A stretch of DNA of 53,515 bases, from the IMG/VR virus record IMGVR_UViG_3300029267_001921, positions 1 to 53,515 of that record. The stretch is one strand, 5' to 3'. Position 1 is the first letter of the stretch, and the number at the start of each line of letters is the position of its first letter. The stretch comes from a virus (taxonomy: Duplodnaviria; Caudoviricetes). The notes under the pieces were generated by a model. The model made no database searches and was not told where the DNA came from. It saw only the letters and a list, made by a program, of their open reading frames with translations. Shown here in pieces: positions 21,201 to 29,852 of the stretch. The translations under genes were made by a program, and so were the position numbers.

Positions 21201-22405
21201 ATACAAGACAATGGGTATATGAGGAGCCTCTTATTGTAACATCACCTGTTGATATAGATGACGCTATTACTCTCCCTGTTGATAGTAGGAACGGAAACGC
21301 TGTTAAATATTATAGAAACGGTACTGGCGATTTACAAATGTTTGTGAATGGAAATCGTTGGTTTACTGAACAAGTTCTTGTTGTCTCTTCATTCACCCCA
21401 ACATTTTATGATGTCGGTACAGGTGTTGTAACTGTACCTGACGCTGTTGATTTATCAAATGTTAGGCGTGAAGATCTTTTCTATGACGCACTAGGAGCGG
21501 AATTTACCATATTTGGAAATATAGATAATACGCTTGGAAACAAACAATTTAGGATAGCATCAGGTCAGGTTGTAAATCTTGGTGCTGGCGCATATATTGT
21601 CAGACAAGATTATGCTGAAACAGGAGTAGCAGAACAATTTGTAACAACCATACAAGCAAAAAGAAGAATACCAATAAATGCAATCGTTGCTTTCCGCATT
21701 ATGCCATTCGGAACAAGTGGAGGAGGCGGTGGAGGAGGCGGTGGGGGTGGAACCCTACAAGACGCCTATGTTGCGGGAAGTACAATGACAATTGCAGTTG
21801 GGAATCCTGTTATAGTGAATGGTCCGGGTGGTCAAAAGTTATTTCAATTTAATGGAGACATAGGTGTAACTGGTATTATTGATCCTGAAGGTCTTGAATT
21901 TGCAAGTCAAGTTACTAACCCTGACCCATCTAAGAATTTGGTTTATTTTAAAAACACAGGTGAACTTATTTTTAACAACTTAGTATCAGGATTGGAAGAA
22001 GTAATCAATGCTGAATCTACTGCTGTTAAAGAGTATACAAATAATCAAGGTTCACCAATATCAAAAGGTCGTGTTGTAAGAAAGTCAGCAATAGGGTTTA
22101 TAAATTATGCTGATTGGACTGCGGATGTTAATTCCAGAGCCATAGGAATCTCTATGGATAATATAAATGATGGATCAGATGGATTGGTTAAAAAATTTGG
22201 TTATATAGAACAAGGTGTCATAACAGCGGATGATTTCACTGAGGCAATGTTGCCAGCAGACGGAGCAAGGATATGGTTAGCTGATGCAGATGGAAAGATG
22301 ACTGTAACACCACCAACAACTGGGAGCGGAAACTGGGAAGTATATATGGGTATATGGGATGATGGTGGTTTAAACTTACAAATTGCCTTGATCGGGCAAG
22401 CATAG
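18242..22405 (+). CDS. Large tail fibre/adaptor protein with a duplicated module, a beta-helix and a poly-Gly hinge
   Basis: 1387 aa after the baseplate genes. Two roughly 185-aa homologous modules, an LSPGTY beta-helix start, an 11-Gly linker and a C-terminal cement-like domain. Confidence 0.7.
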   Translation: MSTGDRKVNIFLKKFLTQQHITDNFLDYLHELIMEDHQKLVPSSGVYSYPVTAKSTLVDTIDFLTPGEINAGDGNGPQLEADDGHGRILKLDDLLRQQVLVPNDVGVKYYSGVRFNYYPVDTEINVRTGIIKWSLYNEAIGERGEPNFVSYYGSQLQMQVDNICKDVNQHGRVVRVWLKTPVSQASGDVYEEVSIIPQSIVFGHDGGLNYFDVPNEMSGYFAAAQSVTIDQVPTNPVTTTVTFVGADDSGGSGYTRITVPIDLSVYTVATSSFVLSGNNVINLVGTLGQSSNPSIDPTDYEIFLYGITITTQDLRLDEYYAYLLNYTGTGTGNNPGSFDFSDQVEVPNNFSSISIILSNFKKYQIQRNAFILRGGGQFKFESGTLDWNQEFQIVNPFRGLYSIAASSLGGIVNDDILYTKIYIDQPVVIDGNASGEIWIEDTTDFSDNDAVIIGDNDSNRVTGYIMGAPGLEKIVVDDGLGTPLDLSGFTTLKGAWVQRTNISLQKAQINEGDLRPAIFGELDEDVAVIAVAHNNVLVFKDGVLRLEDGDVGEISNLPSGFTWVNNITELTDSITKTQDKGIGVLSPGTYTPTVQIDYNKNLAWIGLSDWTIIQGNLATPVMKIQYDATTTDSYMRVELNRLIIQNNGAGDVIEIDNTGATKGMEIVLDGCVLLGSGGNVLKVTHSESSQWIKVRILNSRSQDFEGSIVFESQNNSDELFIKNVKLAAGETITFGKAAFDPTSTCTIHDCWVDHVDAVGAGTNKSINIINSYSYEDNKRIDLNGSGNATFNVNVDLVDLQDFINYQTRVNGLIFRGGGQIDFLSSTFSWTADFEIFDPFYGISIIPAGSIPAIVNNDVFYTKLYRPQEVVVDGNPVGQIGVKDTSDFNDNDTVVVGDANSTQLTGYVMGVPAGGIITVDDGAGNPYDLSNFTKSQGAWIQRTNIAMLKGTQNVGDLRPDYLRKTDSRIYVIAVCNGNNIVDRNGEIYTRQWVYEEPLIVTSPVDIDDAITLPVDSRNGNAVKYYRNGTGDLQMFVNGNRWFTEQVLVVSSFTPTFYDVGTGVVTVPDAVDLSNVRREDLFYDALGAEFTIFGNIDNTLGNKQFRIASGQVVNLGAGAYIVRQDYAETGVAEQFVTTIQAKRRIPINAIVAFRIMPFGTSGGGGGGGGGGGTLQDAYVAGSTMTIAVGNPVIVNGPGGQKLFQFNGDIGVTGIIDPEGLEFASQVTNPDPSKNLVYFKNTGELIFNNLVSGLEEVINAESTAVKEYTNNQGSPISKGRVVRKSAIGFINYADWTADVNSRAIGISMDNINDGSDGLVKKFGYIEQGVITADDFTEAMLPADGARIWLADADGKMTVTPPTTGSGNWEVYMGIWDDGGLNLQIALIGQA
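19319..21193 (+). repeat. Internal duplication (about 19319-19867 and 20645-21193)
   Basis: RGGGQ, YTK(I/L)Y, DF(S/N)DND, VDDG, GAW(V/I)QRTNI, GDLRP and VIAV occur in the same order in both copies. Confidence 0.9.
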
Positions 22406-22413
22406 GAGATGTT

Positions 22414-22779
22414 ATGAAAAATAAAGGAAAAAATTATGAAGTAAAGAAATCACAAGAGGCTGTCGATAAAGAAATTGACTTAGGTGAGCCTGAATCGAAA
22501 CAAGAACAAATCGAGGATGAACAACAAGAGACAAAACAACAAGAGACAAAACAAAACAACCAACCACAAGAGAAATCTTCGATTTATTTTGACAAAGAAA
22601 AGGGAATAGTTATAGTGACAGACCCAGTAAAAAAGGGTGTTTTGAGTAATCTTATTGGGACTTTAAGTCATACTTGTAAGGAATATAAGAAACCTATCGA
22701 AGTGTTGTTGGAAAATAAATTTGATGTTAAAATATCATTAAGTATTTTGCCTAAATCTGGTGAAATAGATAAATCGTAA
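22414..22779 (+). CDS. Hypothetical protein, Q/E-rich N-terminus
   Basis: 121 aa with RBS AGGAG and a 15-nt tandem duplication (ACAACAAGAGACAAA x2) near 22521-22550. Confidence 0.6.
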   Translation: MKNKGKNYEVKKSQEAVDKEIDLGEPESKQEQIEDEQQETKQQETKQNNQPQEKSSIYFDKEKGIVIVTDPVKKGVLSNLIGTLSHTCKEYKKPIEVLLENKFDVKISLSILPKSGEIDKS

Positions 22780-22808
22780 TATAAATTCATTAAACGGAGG
22801 GATAAGAC

Positions 22809-25322
22809 ATGGCCGACATTTCTAAACTGAGACAACTGGTATCAGGTATTCCCAAGACAGTAGATCTTACTGCGACTGGGAATGTCCTGAATGCCGAAAA
22901 TTTCAAAATTACTGACGCAGGTGTCACAGCAAGTAAGCCGTTGAAGTTAGACGGTGATAAGAAGTTTACTTCTGGTGATATTGATTTGACATCTGAAGTA
23001 ACAGGTGCATTGCCATATGCCAATATGAATATTGGTGATGGTGATCTTACAATTGCAAAAACAAGTGGTTTACAGACAGCATTAGATGGTAAACAAGAAA
23101 CATCTGAGAAAGATGCAAACAACGGGTATTGCGGTCTTGATGCTGGTGGTAAAGTTCCTGCCGCAAATCTTCCAAGCTCTGTAATGGATTTCCAAGGTTC
23201 TTTTGATCCTGCCACTGCAACCTTTACTGATGCTGGTGGGAACGCTGGTGATGTTTGGTTAGCAACGGCTGCTGGATCATATGATGCTGGTAGTGGTTCC
23301 ATTACTTATGCAATTGGTGACTGGGCGGTTCATAATGGAAGTGTATTTGAGAAATCTCTTAATTCCAATGCAGTTGTAAGTGTTAATGGACAAACAGGTG
23401 TTGTTACATTAACTCATGATGGGTTCTCTGATTATGAAGCAGATGAACATTATCCTGCATTAGACGAAGACGACATGGCTTCAGACAGTGATACTTCTGT
23501 TGCCACACAACAATCAATCAAAGCGTATGTTGACGCACTTACTCATGATGGATTTGCTGACTTTGTAGCCAACGAGCATTTACCCGGAATAGATGAAGAT
23601 GATATGGCAAGCGATAGCGATGCCGCTGTTCCAACTCAGCAATCTGTTAAGGCATACGTTGATGCACTAACCCATGATGGATTTGCTGACTTTGTAGCCA
23701 ACGAGCATTTACCAGCAATAGATGAAGACGACATGGCTTCAGATAGTGACACGAGTGTTCCAACTCAGCAATCTGTTAAGGCTTATGTTGATGCTCAAGT
23801 TGGTGCTGCGGATTTCCTTGAAACTAAAACAAATAATACTGGTGGTGCATTAGTACAAGGTGATGTAGTTCATTATGCTGGTAGTTCCATTACACAGAAA
23901 GCTGGAACTGGCGGTAATATGGACGTTTACTCAATTGGTATTGTTGATGAAGCAATTGCCAATGGTAATTCTGGTAATGTTATCACAAAGGCTGGTGGAA
24001 TCAGTGCTGGACATTCTGGATTAACTGCTGGATATAGAGTATATGTTGATCCTAACAGCCCAGGTGATGTTGTTGATCCAACTGGATTTGCTGGCACTGA
24101 AAGACATATTTGTTCAGTTGGTTGGGCGATAAGTGCAACAGAAATTATATTCGATCCTCCGGGAGTCGTTTTTGACGTTCAAAAAGGTATTGGTTATAGT
24201 GATCCATTTGTAATGTCTCTTGGTGTTAATATTAATACCACAATGTTTGAGTTTGATTCTGCTGCAAGTTATGTGTTAAAAGTTAAAGCGGGTGGAATCT
24301 CTGAAACAGAATTAAACGCTTCTGTTGCTGGTACTGGTCTTACTGGTGGTGCTGGATCATCTCTCGCAATTGATTTTAAAGATGAAGATGATATGGCGTC
24401 AGATAGTGAAACGCATGCCGCAACACAACAGTCCATTAAAGCGTATGTAGACGCACTAACCCATGATGGTTTCGCTGATTATGTAGCCAACGAGCATCTA
24501 CCCGGTATTGACGAAGATGACATGAGTTCAGACAGTGATGCTCACGTTCCTACTCAACAATCAGTTAAGGCGTATGTGGATGCGTTGAGTCATGATGGTT
24601 TTGCCGACTATGTAGCTAATGAACATCTACCCGGTATTGATGAAGACGATATGTCGAGCGACAGTGATGCTCACGTTCCTACACAACAGTCAGTTAAAGC
24701 ATACGTAGATGCGTTAAGTCATGATGGATTTGCTGATTACGTTGCGAATGAACATTTGCCTGGGATTGACGAAGATGATATGTCAAGTGATAGTGATGCC
24801 CATGTACCAACACAGCAATCAGTTAAAGCGTATGTGGATGGTGCGATCAGTACAGCATCCCCAGAAGATTTGGATTTTGAAGGTGTTGCTGGTGAAGCAA
24901 TGGCAGCCAATACCACTTTTATTGTGAGGAAAGCAATAAGTGGTGAAACTGCTGGTCGTTATTATAAAGCAACATCCGATGAAGAAAACTCTCCCGGTGA
25001 ATACCATGCAATCGGTTGGGTACAGGTTGGTGGAAGTGCAGTAAGTGCTGGTGACACTGTTACAGTTAATAAATTCAAGAAAGACATCGCTCTTGCAAGT
25101 GCTGACTCTGTTATTGGTTCCGATGCAACCGATAATGGAAAACCAATTTGGTTGAATAAAGACGGTGCTTTCTCACTTGATCCTGCTGCTGGAATTGGTG
25201 GCGGCGATCAATATGCTTGTGTGATGGTTGGTGTTCTTAGTGAATACAACGCAGCCGCAACAAGTGAAAAGATACTTATGGAATGCAACCTTGGCAATTT
25301 CACTGGTATTGATATTGCTTAA
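22809..25322 (+). CDS. Fibre/decoration protein with 43-aa repeats and two cement-like domains
   Basis: 837 aa, very acidic. GLQTALDGK and GLDAGGKVP fibre motifs, and seven TQQS(I/V)KAYVD units. Confidence 0.7.
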   Translation: MADISKLRQLVSGIPKTVDLTATGNVLNAENFKITDAGVTASKPLKLDGDKKFTSGDIDLTSEVTGALPYANMNIGDGDLTIAKTSGLQTALDGKQETSEKDANNGYCGLDAGGKVPAANLPSSVMDFQGSFDPATATFTDAGGNAGDVWLATAAGSYDAGSGSITYAIGDWAVHNGSVFEKSLNSNAVVSVNGQTGVVTLTHDGFSDYEADEHYPALDEDDMASDSDTSVATQQSIKAYVDALTHDGFADFVANEHLPGIDEDDMASDSDAAVPTQQSVKAYVDALTHDGFADFVANEHLPAIDEDDMASDSDTSVPTQQSVKAYVDAQVGAADFLETKTNNTGGALVQGDVVHYAGSSITQKAGTGGNMDVYSIGIVDEAIANGNSGNVITKAGGISAGHSGLTAGYRVYVDPNSPGDVVDPTGFAGTERHICSVGWAISATEIIFDPPGVVFDVQKGIGYSDPFVMSLGVNINTTMFEFDSAASYVLKVKAGGISETELNASVAGTGLTGGAGSSLAIDFKDEDDMASDSETHAATQQSIKAYVDALTHDGFADYVANEHLPGIDEDDMSSDSDAHVPTQQSVKAYVDALSHDGFADYVANEHLPGIDEDDMSSDSDAHVPTQQSVKAYVDALSHDGFADYVANEHLPGIDEDDMSSDSDAHVPTQQSVKAYVDGAISTASPEDLDFEGVAGEAMAANTTFIVRKAISGETAGRYYKATSDEENSPGEYHAIGWVQVGGSAVSAGDTVTVNKFKKDIALASADSVIGSDATDNGKPIWLNKDGAFSLDPAAGIGGGDQYACVMVGVLSEYNAAATSEKILMECNLGNFTGIDIA
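23409..24840 (+). repeat. 129-nt (43-aa) coding repeats in two blocks (3 + 4 units)
   Basis: Unit L(T/S)HDGFAD(F/Y)VANEHLPGIDEDDM(A/S)SDSDxxVPTQQSVKAYVDA at about 23409-23793 and 24381-24840. Confidence 0.95.
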
Positions 25323-25332
25323 TTGGAATTTA

Positions 25333-25464
25333 ATTTGTAGGATTTAGGATAACATATTAAAGGAGTGACAAAAAATAATGAATCTTAACATCATTATAAC
25401 AAATCACTCGCCTGTTAAGAGGGAAAGCGGAATTTATAGCTAATTTCGCCCTACAAATCCTATA
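25333..25464 (+). other. Structured intergenic RNA candidate, overlapping a possible 21-codon uORF
   Basis: Several complementary pairs (see findings) and ATG 25378-TAA 25443 preceded by AAGGAG. Confidence 0.4.
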
Positions 25465-25478
25465 TAGAGGAAAGAAAT

Positions 25479-25802
25479 ATGGCAAAATTCTTAAAATTAG
25501 TAGGTGGCATTCCTAAATCAACGGACGTAACTGCCACTATTAATCAATACGATGAGAGTGTTCCTGTTACAACTGATATAGGTACTGCTGGAGCAGGATA
25601 TGATGCTGCGCATAAAGTATTTACTTTGCCAAATGCTGAAACATACGATGGTACAATTGACGAGTTGAAGGTTGACGTAAATGGTGTTGGACAAGTAGAG
25701 GGTGTGGAGTATAATTATGATAACAATGTCGCTGCAACCACAGTGACTTTTATTGATGCGATACCCAAGAACGCAAGGGTACGATTCTTTAAGGTGACTT
25801 GA
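25479..25802 (+). CDS. Small Ig-like virion protein
   Basis: 107 aa with an LKVDVNGVGQVEGVEY...VTF pattern typical of phage beta-sandwich modules. Confidence 0.65.
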   Translation: MAKFLKLVGGIPKSTDVTATINQYDESVPVTTDIGTAGAGYDAAHKVFTLPNAETYDGTIDELKVDVNGVGQVEGVEYNYDNNVAATTVTFIDAIPKNARVRFFKVT

Positions 25803-25963
25803 TGAGAAAGTATGGAAAACCATTAAAGAATTGTTTGGATTGCAGAAGACTTTGCTTCATTTTGAATAAAAAAGGTGATAAGACTTTATATTGTAAAGTC
25901 TTTGGTGATAAATTTATTTCAAAATGTGAAAGAAAAGTAACAAAAAGGGAGCATAAACAATGA
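25802..25963 (+). CDS. Small basic Cys-rich protein (53 aa), absent from the ORF track
   Basis: MRKYGKPLKNCLDCRRLCFILNKKGDKTLYCKVFGDKFISKCERKVTKREHKQ*. It has a TGATG overlap with the upstream stop and an ATGA overlap with the downstream start. Confidence 0.65.
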   Translation: MRKYGKPLKNCLDCRRLCFILNKKGDKTLYCKVFGDKFISKCERKVTKREHKQ

Positions 25964-28900
25964 CAATACAAGGGTTTCAAATAAAGGATGACGCTGCCCG
26001 ATCAAAACTAGGTTCCACCATAGGTGAAGAGTTAGACAACAAATGGGCGTTGATGGAGGATAAGATTTCTTATCCTTTAGACGTAACTATTTCTGGTGAT
26101 ACATTAACAGTTGATCCCGGAACAGTTCAAAAGTTAGAATCAGATGGAGCGGATAGTACACAAAATGCCTACAAATGGAGATTACCATTAATATCAGGTG
26201 TGGATGTTAGCCCAGCCCAATCAACTCTTGATCTAACAAACGGAAACACTACAGGTGATTTCAGCGCAAATCCTGAGAGTTGTCCTGCCATGACTGCTAG
26301 TTTTTATATTCAAATGGGTATAGAACTTCGTAGTGATGGAAAATTTTATGTTGTGTTTGGAAATGAAGATGCAGTCTTAGCAAACACAACCGCACCTTCA
26401 TTCACAACAAGTTCCCTTCAGGTTGCTGTTATTAAATTACAAGATAGTGGTGGCGGTGGAAGTTGGAATTTTGATACACCAGCAAAGGAAGATATTGAAA
26501 TTGTTGTTAGAGGTTCAACAGGCGGTGCTGGTGCTGGTGCTGGATTGGGTAGCAATTTAGACGGTCTATCTTACTTATCAGAATGGGAAGATTCATTTTC
26601 AAATGAGGATTTAGTTGACAGTTCCGCAGGGTATACAACTGCTTCATTTGATGGTGGAAGTGAAGCATACGGAATACAGTATGATACATCCAAACCATCA
26701 ACATGGGGTATGGCTGGTGGTGATGCTGTTGCCAATTTAGCTTGGTCAAAATCACCAGCATTCACAGTTAAAGCAGGTGATGTTGTTATAGCCAGACTAT
26801 ACCAAGCAAGCGGAACAGCAGCAGGTTCACTTAGTGGAAATGAATTAGAAACAACTGGAAATATTTTTGATTTTACTATGGTTGGTCAAGAAGTTTGGTG
26901 TTCAACCCATAGTGAAAAGGCAAAAATTGTTGAATATATAAGTGCAACAAAAGTGAAGTTGGATAGGGAAATAGACGGAACCCAAACAGGAACAAGTGAT
27001 TGGTCAGGTGATGCTGTTGCAGTATTAAGTAAACCTCATGTTAGAAAAATTATAACCATTACAGATCAAACTCCTATCGCTGGAGAAATTACTTTAGAGG
27101 CGGCATTTTCTGTCGCGTTAATTGATGCCAATGTGTGGTCAGTAACTGTTTCTCAATGTGTACATACTGTGGATATTCCTACATACTGGGACTCAGGTGA
27201 TAGCGAGAGCATCCCTGGTGTGTATGCTTTGAATCCATTATACCTTGAGAATGTTAGTGCAGGAGCAGCAGATAGTGTCGATTTCAGACAACAAACATTT
27301 GATCCAGCGGCAGATGATGTAATATTACAATACAATGGTGGTGCTTGGAGAGAAACAGTTGTATCCAGTCTTACAGACGATGAAACATTTGAACTCGCCG
27401 ATACAACCAATATGGCTGACGGAATAGCAGCCTGTATTCCAAAACAAAGTACATTTATGGTTTCATATTTGGATGATGGCCTTCATGAGATTTCTAAAGT
27501 CGGATTCAATGCGATTACTGGTTCTGATTCCGCAGGTAATTGGGATGATGAATTAGGAAAAGACAGAGGATATGGAATTGTAGATAACCTTCAAGAATAC
27601 CAATTAGGTGACTCAGCCAATGCTGGGGCGCACCTTTATATAAGGTTCTTCTCAAACATCTTTGATGATTCACAGGATAGTGGAACCGTATATTTGAATC
27701 AATATAAAGCATATTTTTACAGACAATCAACTTCATCAGTGAACGGTGGTATTAGTAATCAATCATACGGCGTGACAAACAATATTGGCACAAATAAAGG
27801 TATGTTTGTTGATGTATATAATGGAAAAACCAGAATTACACTTGATTGGGTTTACTCAATGGGTGAAAACGAAGGGTTTCCTTTTGGTGATCTTATTGTT
27901 ACATCAAACGGTCAAGAAGTGCCACGCGAAATTGATGATGTATTAACAACAGGAATATTCTACACAGAGCATAGTTCAACACAAATACTTCTTGATACAG
28001 ATTACAGTAGTGTTGCAAATGAGGTGGCCGTCTATCAGAGAATAGGAGGCGGTGCTGGTGCAACCTCTGCGGTTGATGAAGCAAACGAAACAGATTTCTA
28101 TGAGAATATTTTACCTAACTCAAATTTTGATCAAAATCATAATGGTTCATATTGGGCAACAGGAGCAAACTATGATGTGGACGGACCTTGTGGATGGACA
28201 CTTATTGGTGGAACAACAGAAGAGTATAGTATTGAAACAGCCGATCCTCCCTCTGGTTCTAATTCTTATTTAAGGTTGGCACTTCCATCAGGAACAGGTG
28301 ATCCCGGAATTAAATGTTTCTTAGGACCGGAAAAAATTGTACCACTTCAGGGGAAAAGAATAAGTTTTAGTTGCCTTTTGAAACGTGGTGCTGGATTCGT
28401 GAATGACCAATTTGCTATGGTTATCCATTTCTTTAACAAAGATTTCTCAGCAAGTGCTGGTACTTCGGCAGAGTGTTTTATTACTCCAACCGATGTAAGC
28501 ACAACAGAATGGACAAGGGTTGGACACGATGCAAGTCATTCTGGTAATCCAGTTAGAAATATTCTTGTTCCGAGTGGTGCTGAAGCAATGGTTGTTTATA
28601 TTTGGACAGCAGGAAGTCAAACTGGCGGCGCAACAGTTTGGTACGAACTTGCACAACCACAAATTGAGGTTGCTTCTGATTTTACATATTACAGAATACC
28701 AAAACAGGAAGATGATTTAACAAATAGTAGAACATTCCATTCTAATAGATATACAGACTATAGAGATGTAATTGATTTTGTTAGAACATCAAATGATACA
28801 CATGGTTGGCACATAAATGGTGTGAGTAGTTTTGCATCAGGAAAATGGTATGGGCAAGATGTCGCAGAGGGCGGTGGATCAAGTATCGGACAGATGAGAA

Positions 28901-29832
28901 ATCATTTAGGTGAGAACGTATATTGTGCGTTTGATGGAACAAATGATTTTATAGCAAGTACGGGAGCAGCAAGTACAGCACTTCAAACAACTGGTAGTTT
29001 CTATGTTGGTGGTAATTTTTACAAATCCGATTGGAGTTCATGGTCCGCTGCAAGAACATTATTTAGCCAAAAGAGTGGCAACTCTGGATGGATTTCAAAG
29101 GTATATACAGACGGAAGATGGGCAGTCCAACTCCTAAATGGTGCGGCTCTAATATTAGATCATAGACCAATTTATTTAACTGATCTTTCATCTGGTTGGC
29201 ATCATTTGGCGATTGTTATCAAGGCTGATACTCCAGGTACAGTAACACAGGTAACATGGTATGTAGATAGTTATGAAGTAGCACAATGGTCTGGAACATG
29301 GGCATTTGCCGCTGGTGGTGATTTTGAAATTGGTTCATTTGAGGGTGGTACAGATAAATGGAACGGCGGTATATGTGATGTATTCTATAGAAAGGTTGAA
29401 CCAGACAGACATTATGTGAGAAGACTACGTGCTCTTGGTTCACTTAAAAAGGCATTTTTAGACAAAGATGCAATTGTTAGAATAGCAAATGAAAGCGAAG
29501 CGGATGGATTGCAAGTGCCGATATATACAGAAGGAACAAACGGTTGGTCAACAAACCACGCCGAAGGTCTTATATATTATTCCGTAGATGGTCAGAAAAG
29601 GTTTAGATTTAATCTCCAAGGTGATGTTACATCTGGCGCAAGAACAAATACGAGAGTATATTTAAAGAATGTTTATTTTAATCAAACACAAGCAGTCGCA
29701 TGTGGTTCTAATGCCTCTGGTGCTTATTTAACTAGAGCAGTTGCGTTGGGTGGTTTTCCTGATCTTTATGTGAACCATGCTAGTGCTACAACCGTTTATT
29801 ATATATTTTCAGGAGATGTTAGAATTCAGTAA
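25960..29832 (+). CDS. Large tail fibre/receptor-binding protein with CBM-like and LamG domains
   Basis: 1290 aa. ENILPNSNFD...LAQPQIE is CBM4/9-like; FDGTND...GWHHLAIV...WYVD...WNGGICDV is LamG-like. Confidence 0.75.
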   Translation: MTIQGFQIKDDAARSKLGSTIGEELDNKWALMEDKISYPLDVTISGDTLTVDPGTVQKLESDGADSTQNAYKWRLPLISGVDVSPAQSTLDLTNGNTTGDFSANPESCPAMTASFYIQMGIELRSDGKFYVVFGNEDAVLANTTAPSFTTSSLQVAVIKLQDSGGGGSWNFDTPAKEDIEIVVRGSTGGAGAGAGLGSNLDGLSYLSEWEDSFSNEDLVDSSAGYTTASFDGGSEAYGIQYDTSKPSTWGMAGGDAVANLAWSKSPAFTVKAGDVVIARLYQASGTAAGSLSGNELETTGNIFDFTMVGQEVWCSTHSEKAKIVEYISATKVKLDREIDGTQTGTSDWSGDAVAVLSKPHVRKIITITDQTPIAGEITLEAAFSVALIDANVWSVTVSQCVHTVDIPTYWDSGDSESIPGVYALNPLYLENVSAGAADSVDFRQQTFDPAADDVILQYNGGAWRETVVSSLTDDETFELADTTNMADGIAACIPKQSTFMVSYLDDGLHEISKVGFNAITGSDSAGNWDDELGKDRGYGIVDNLQEYQLGDSANAGAHLYIRFFSNIFDDSQDSGTVYLNQYKAYFYRQSTSSVNGGISNQSYGVTNNIGTNKGMFVDVYNGKTRITLDWVYSMGENEGFPFGDLIVTSNGQEVPREIDDVLTTGIFYTEHSSTQILLDTDYSSVANEVAVYQRIGGGAGATSAVDEANETDFYENILPNSNFDQNHNGSYWATGANYDVDGPCGWTLIGGTTEEYSIETADPPSGSNSYLRLALPSGTGDPGIKCFLGPEKIVPLQGKRISFSCLLKRGAGFVNDQFAMVIHFFNKDFSASAGTSAECFITPTDVSTTEWTRVGHDASHSGNPVRNILVPSGAEAMVVYIWTAGSQTGGATVWYELAQPQIEVASDFTYYRIPKQEDDLTNSRTFHSNRYTDYRDVIDFVRTSNDTHGWHINGVSSFASGKWYGQDVAEGGGSSIGQMRNHLGENVYCAFDGTNDFIASTGAASTALQTTGSFYVGGNFYKSDWSSWSAARTLFSQKSGNSGWISKVYTDGRWAVQLLNGAALILDHRPIYLTDLSSGWHHLAIVIKADTPGTVTQVTWYVDSYEVAQWSGTWAFAAGGDFEIGSFEGGTDKWNGGICDVFYRKVEPDRHYVRRLRALGSLKKAFLDKDAIVRIANESEADGLQVPIYTEGTNGWSTNHAEGLIYYSVDGQKRFRFNLQGDVTSGARTNTRVYLKNVYFNQTQAVACGSNASGAYLTRAVALGGFPDLYVNHASATTVYYIFSGDVRIQ

Positions 29833-29852
29833 GAATTAAGGGAGAATAATAT

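Noticed and set aside
23409-24840. CRISPR-like array
   Set aside because: The repeats are 129-nt in-frame coding units with synonymous variation and no unique spacers.
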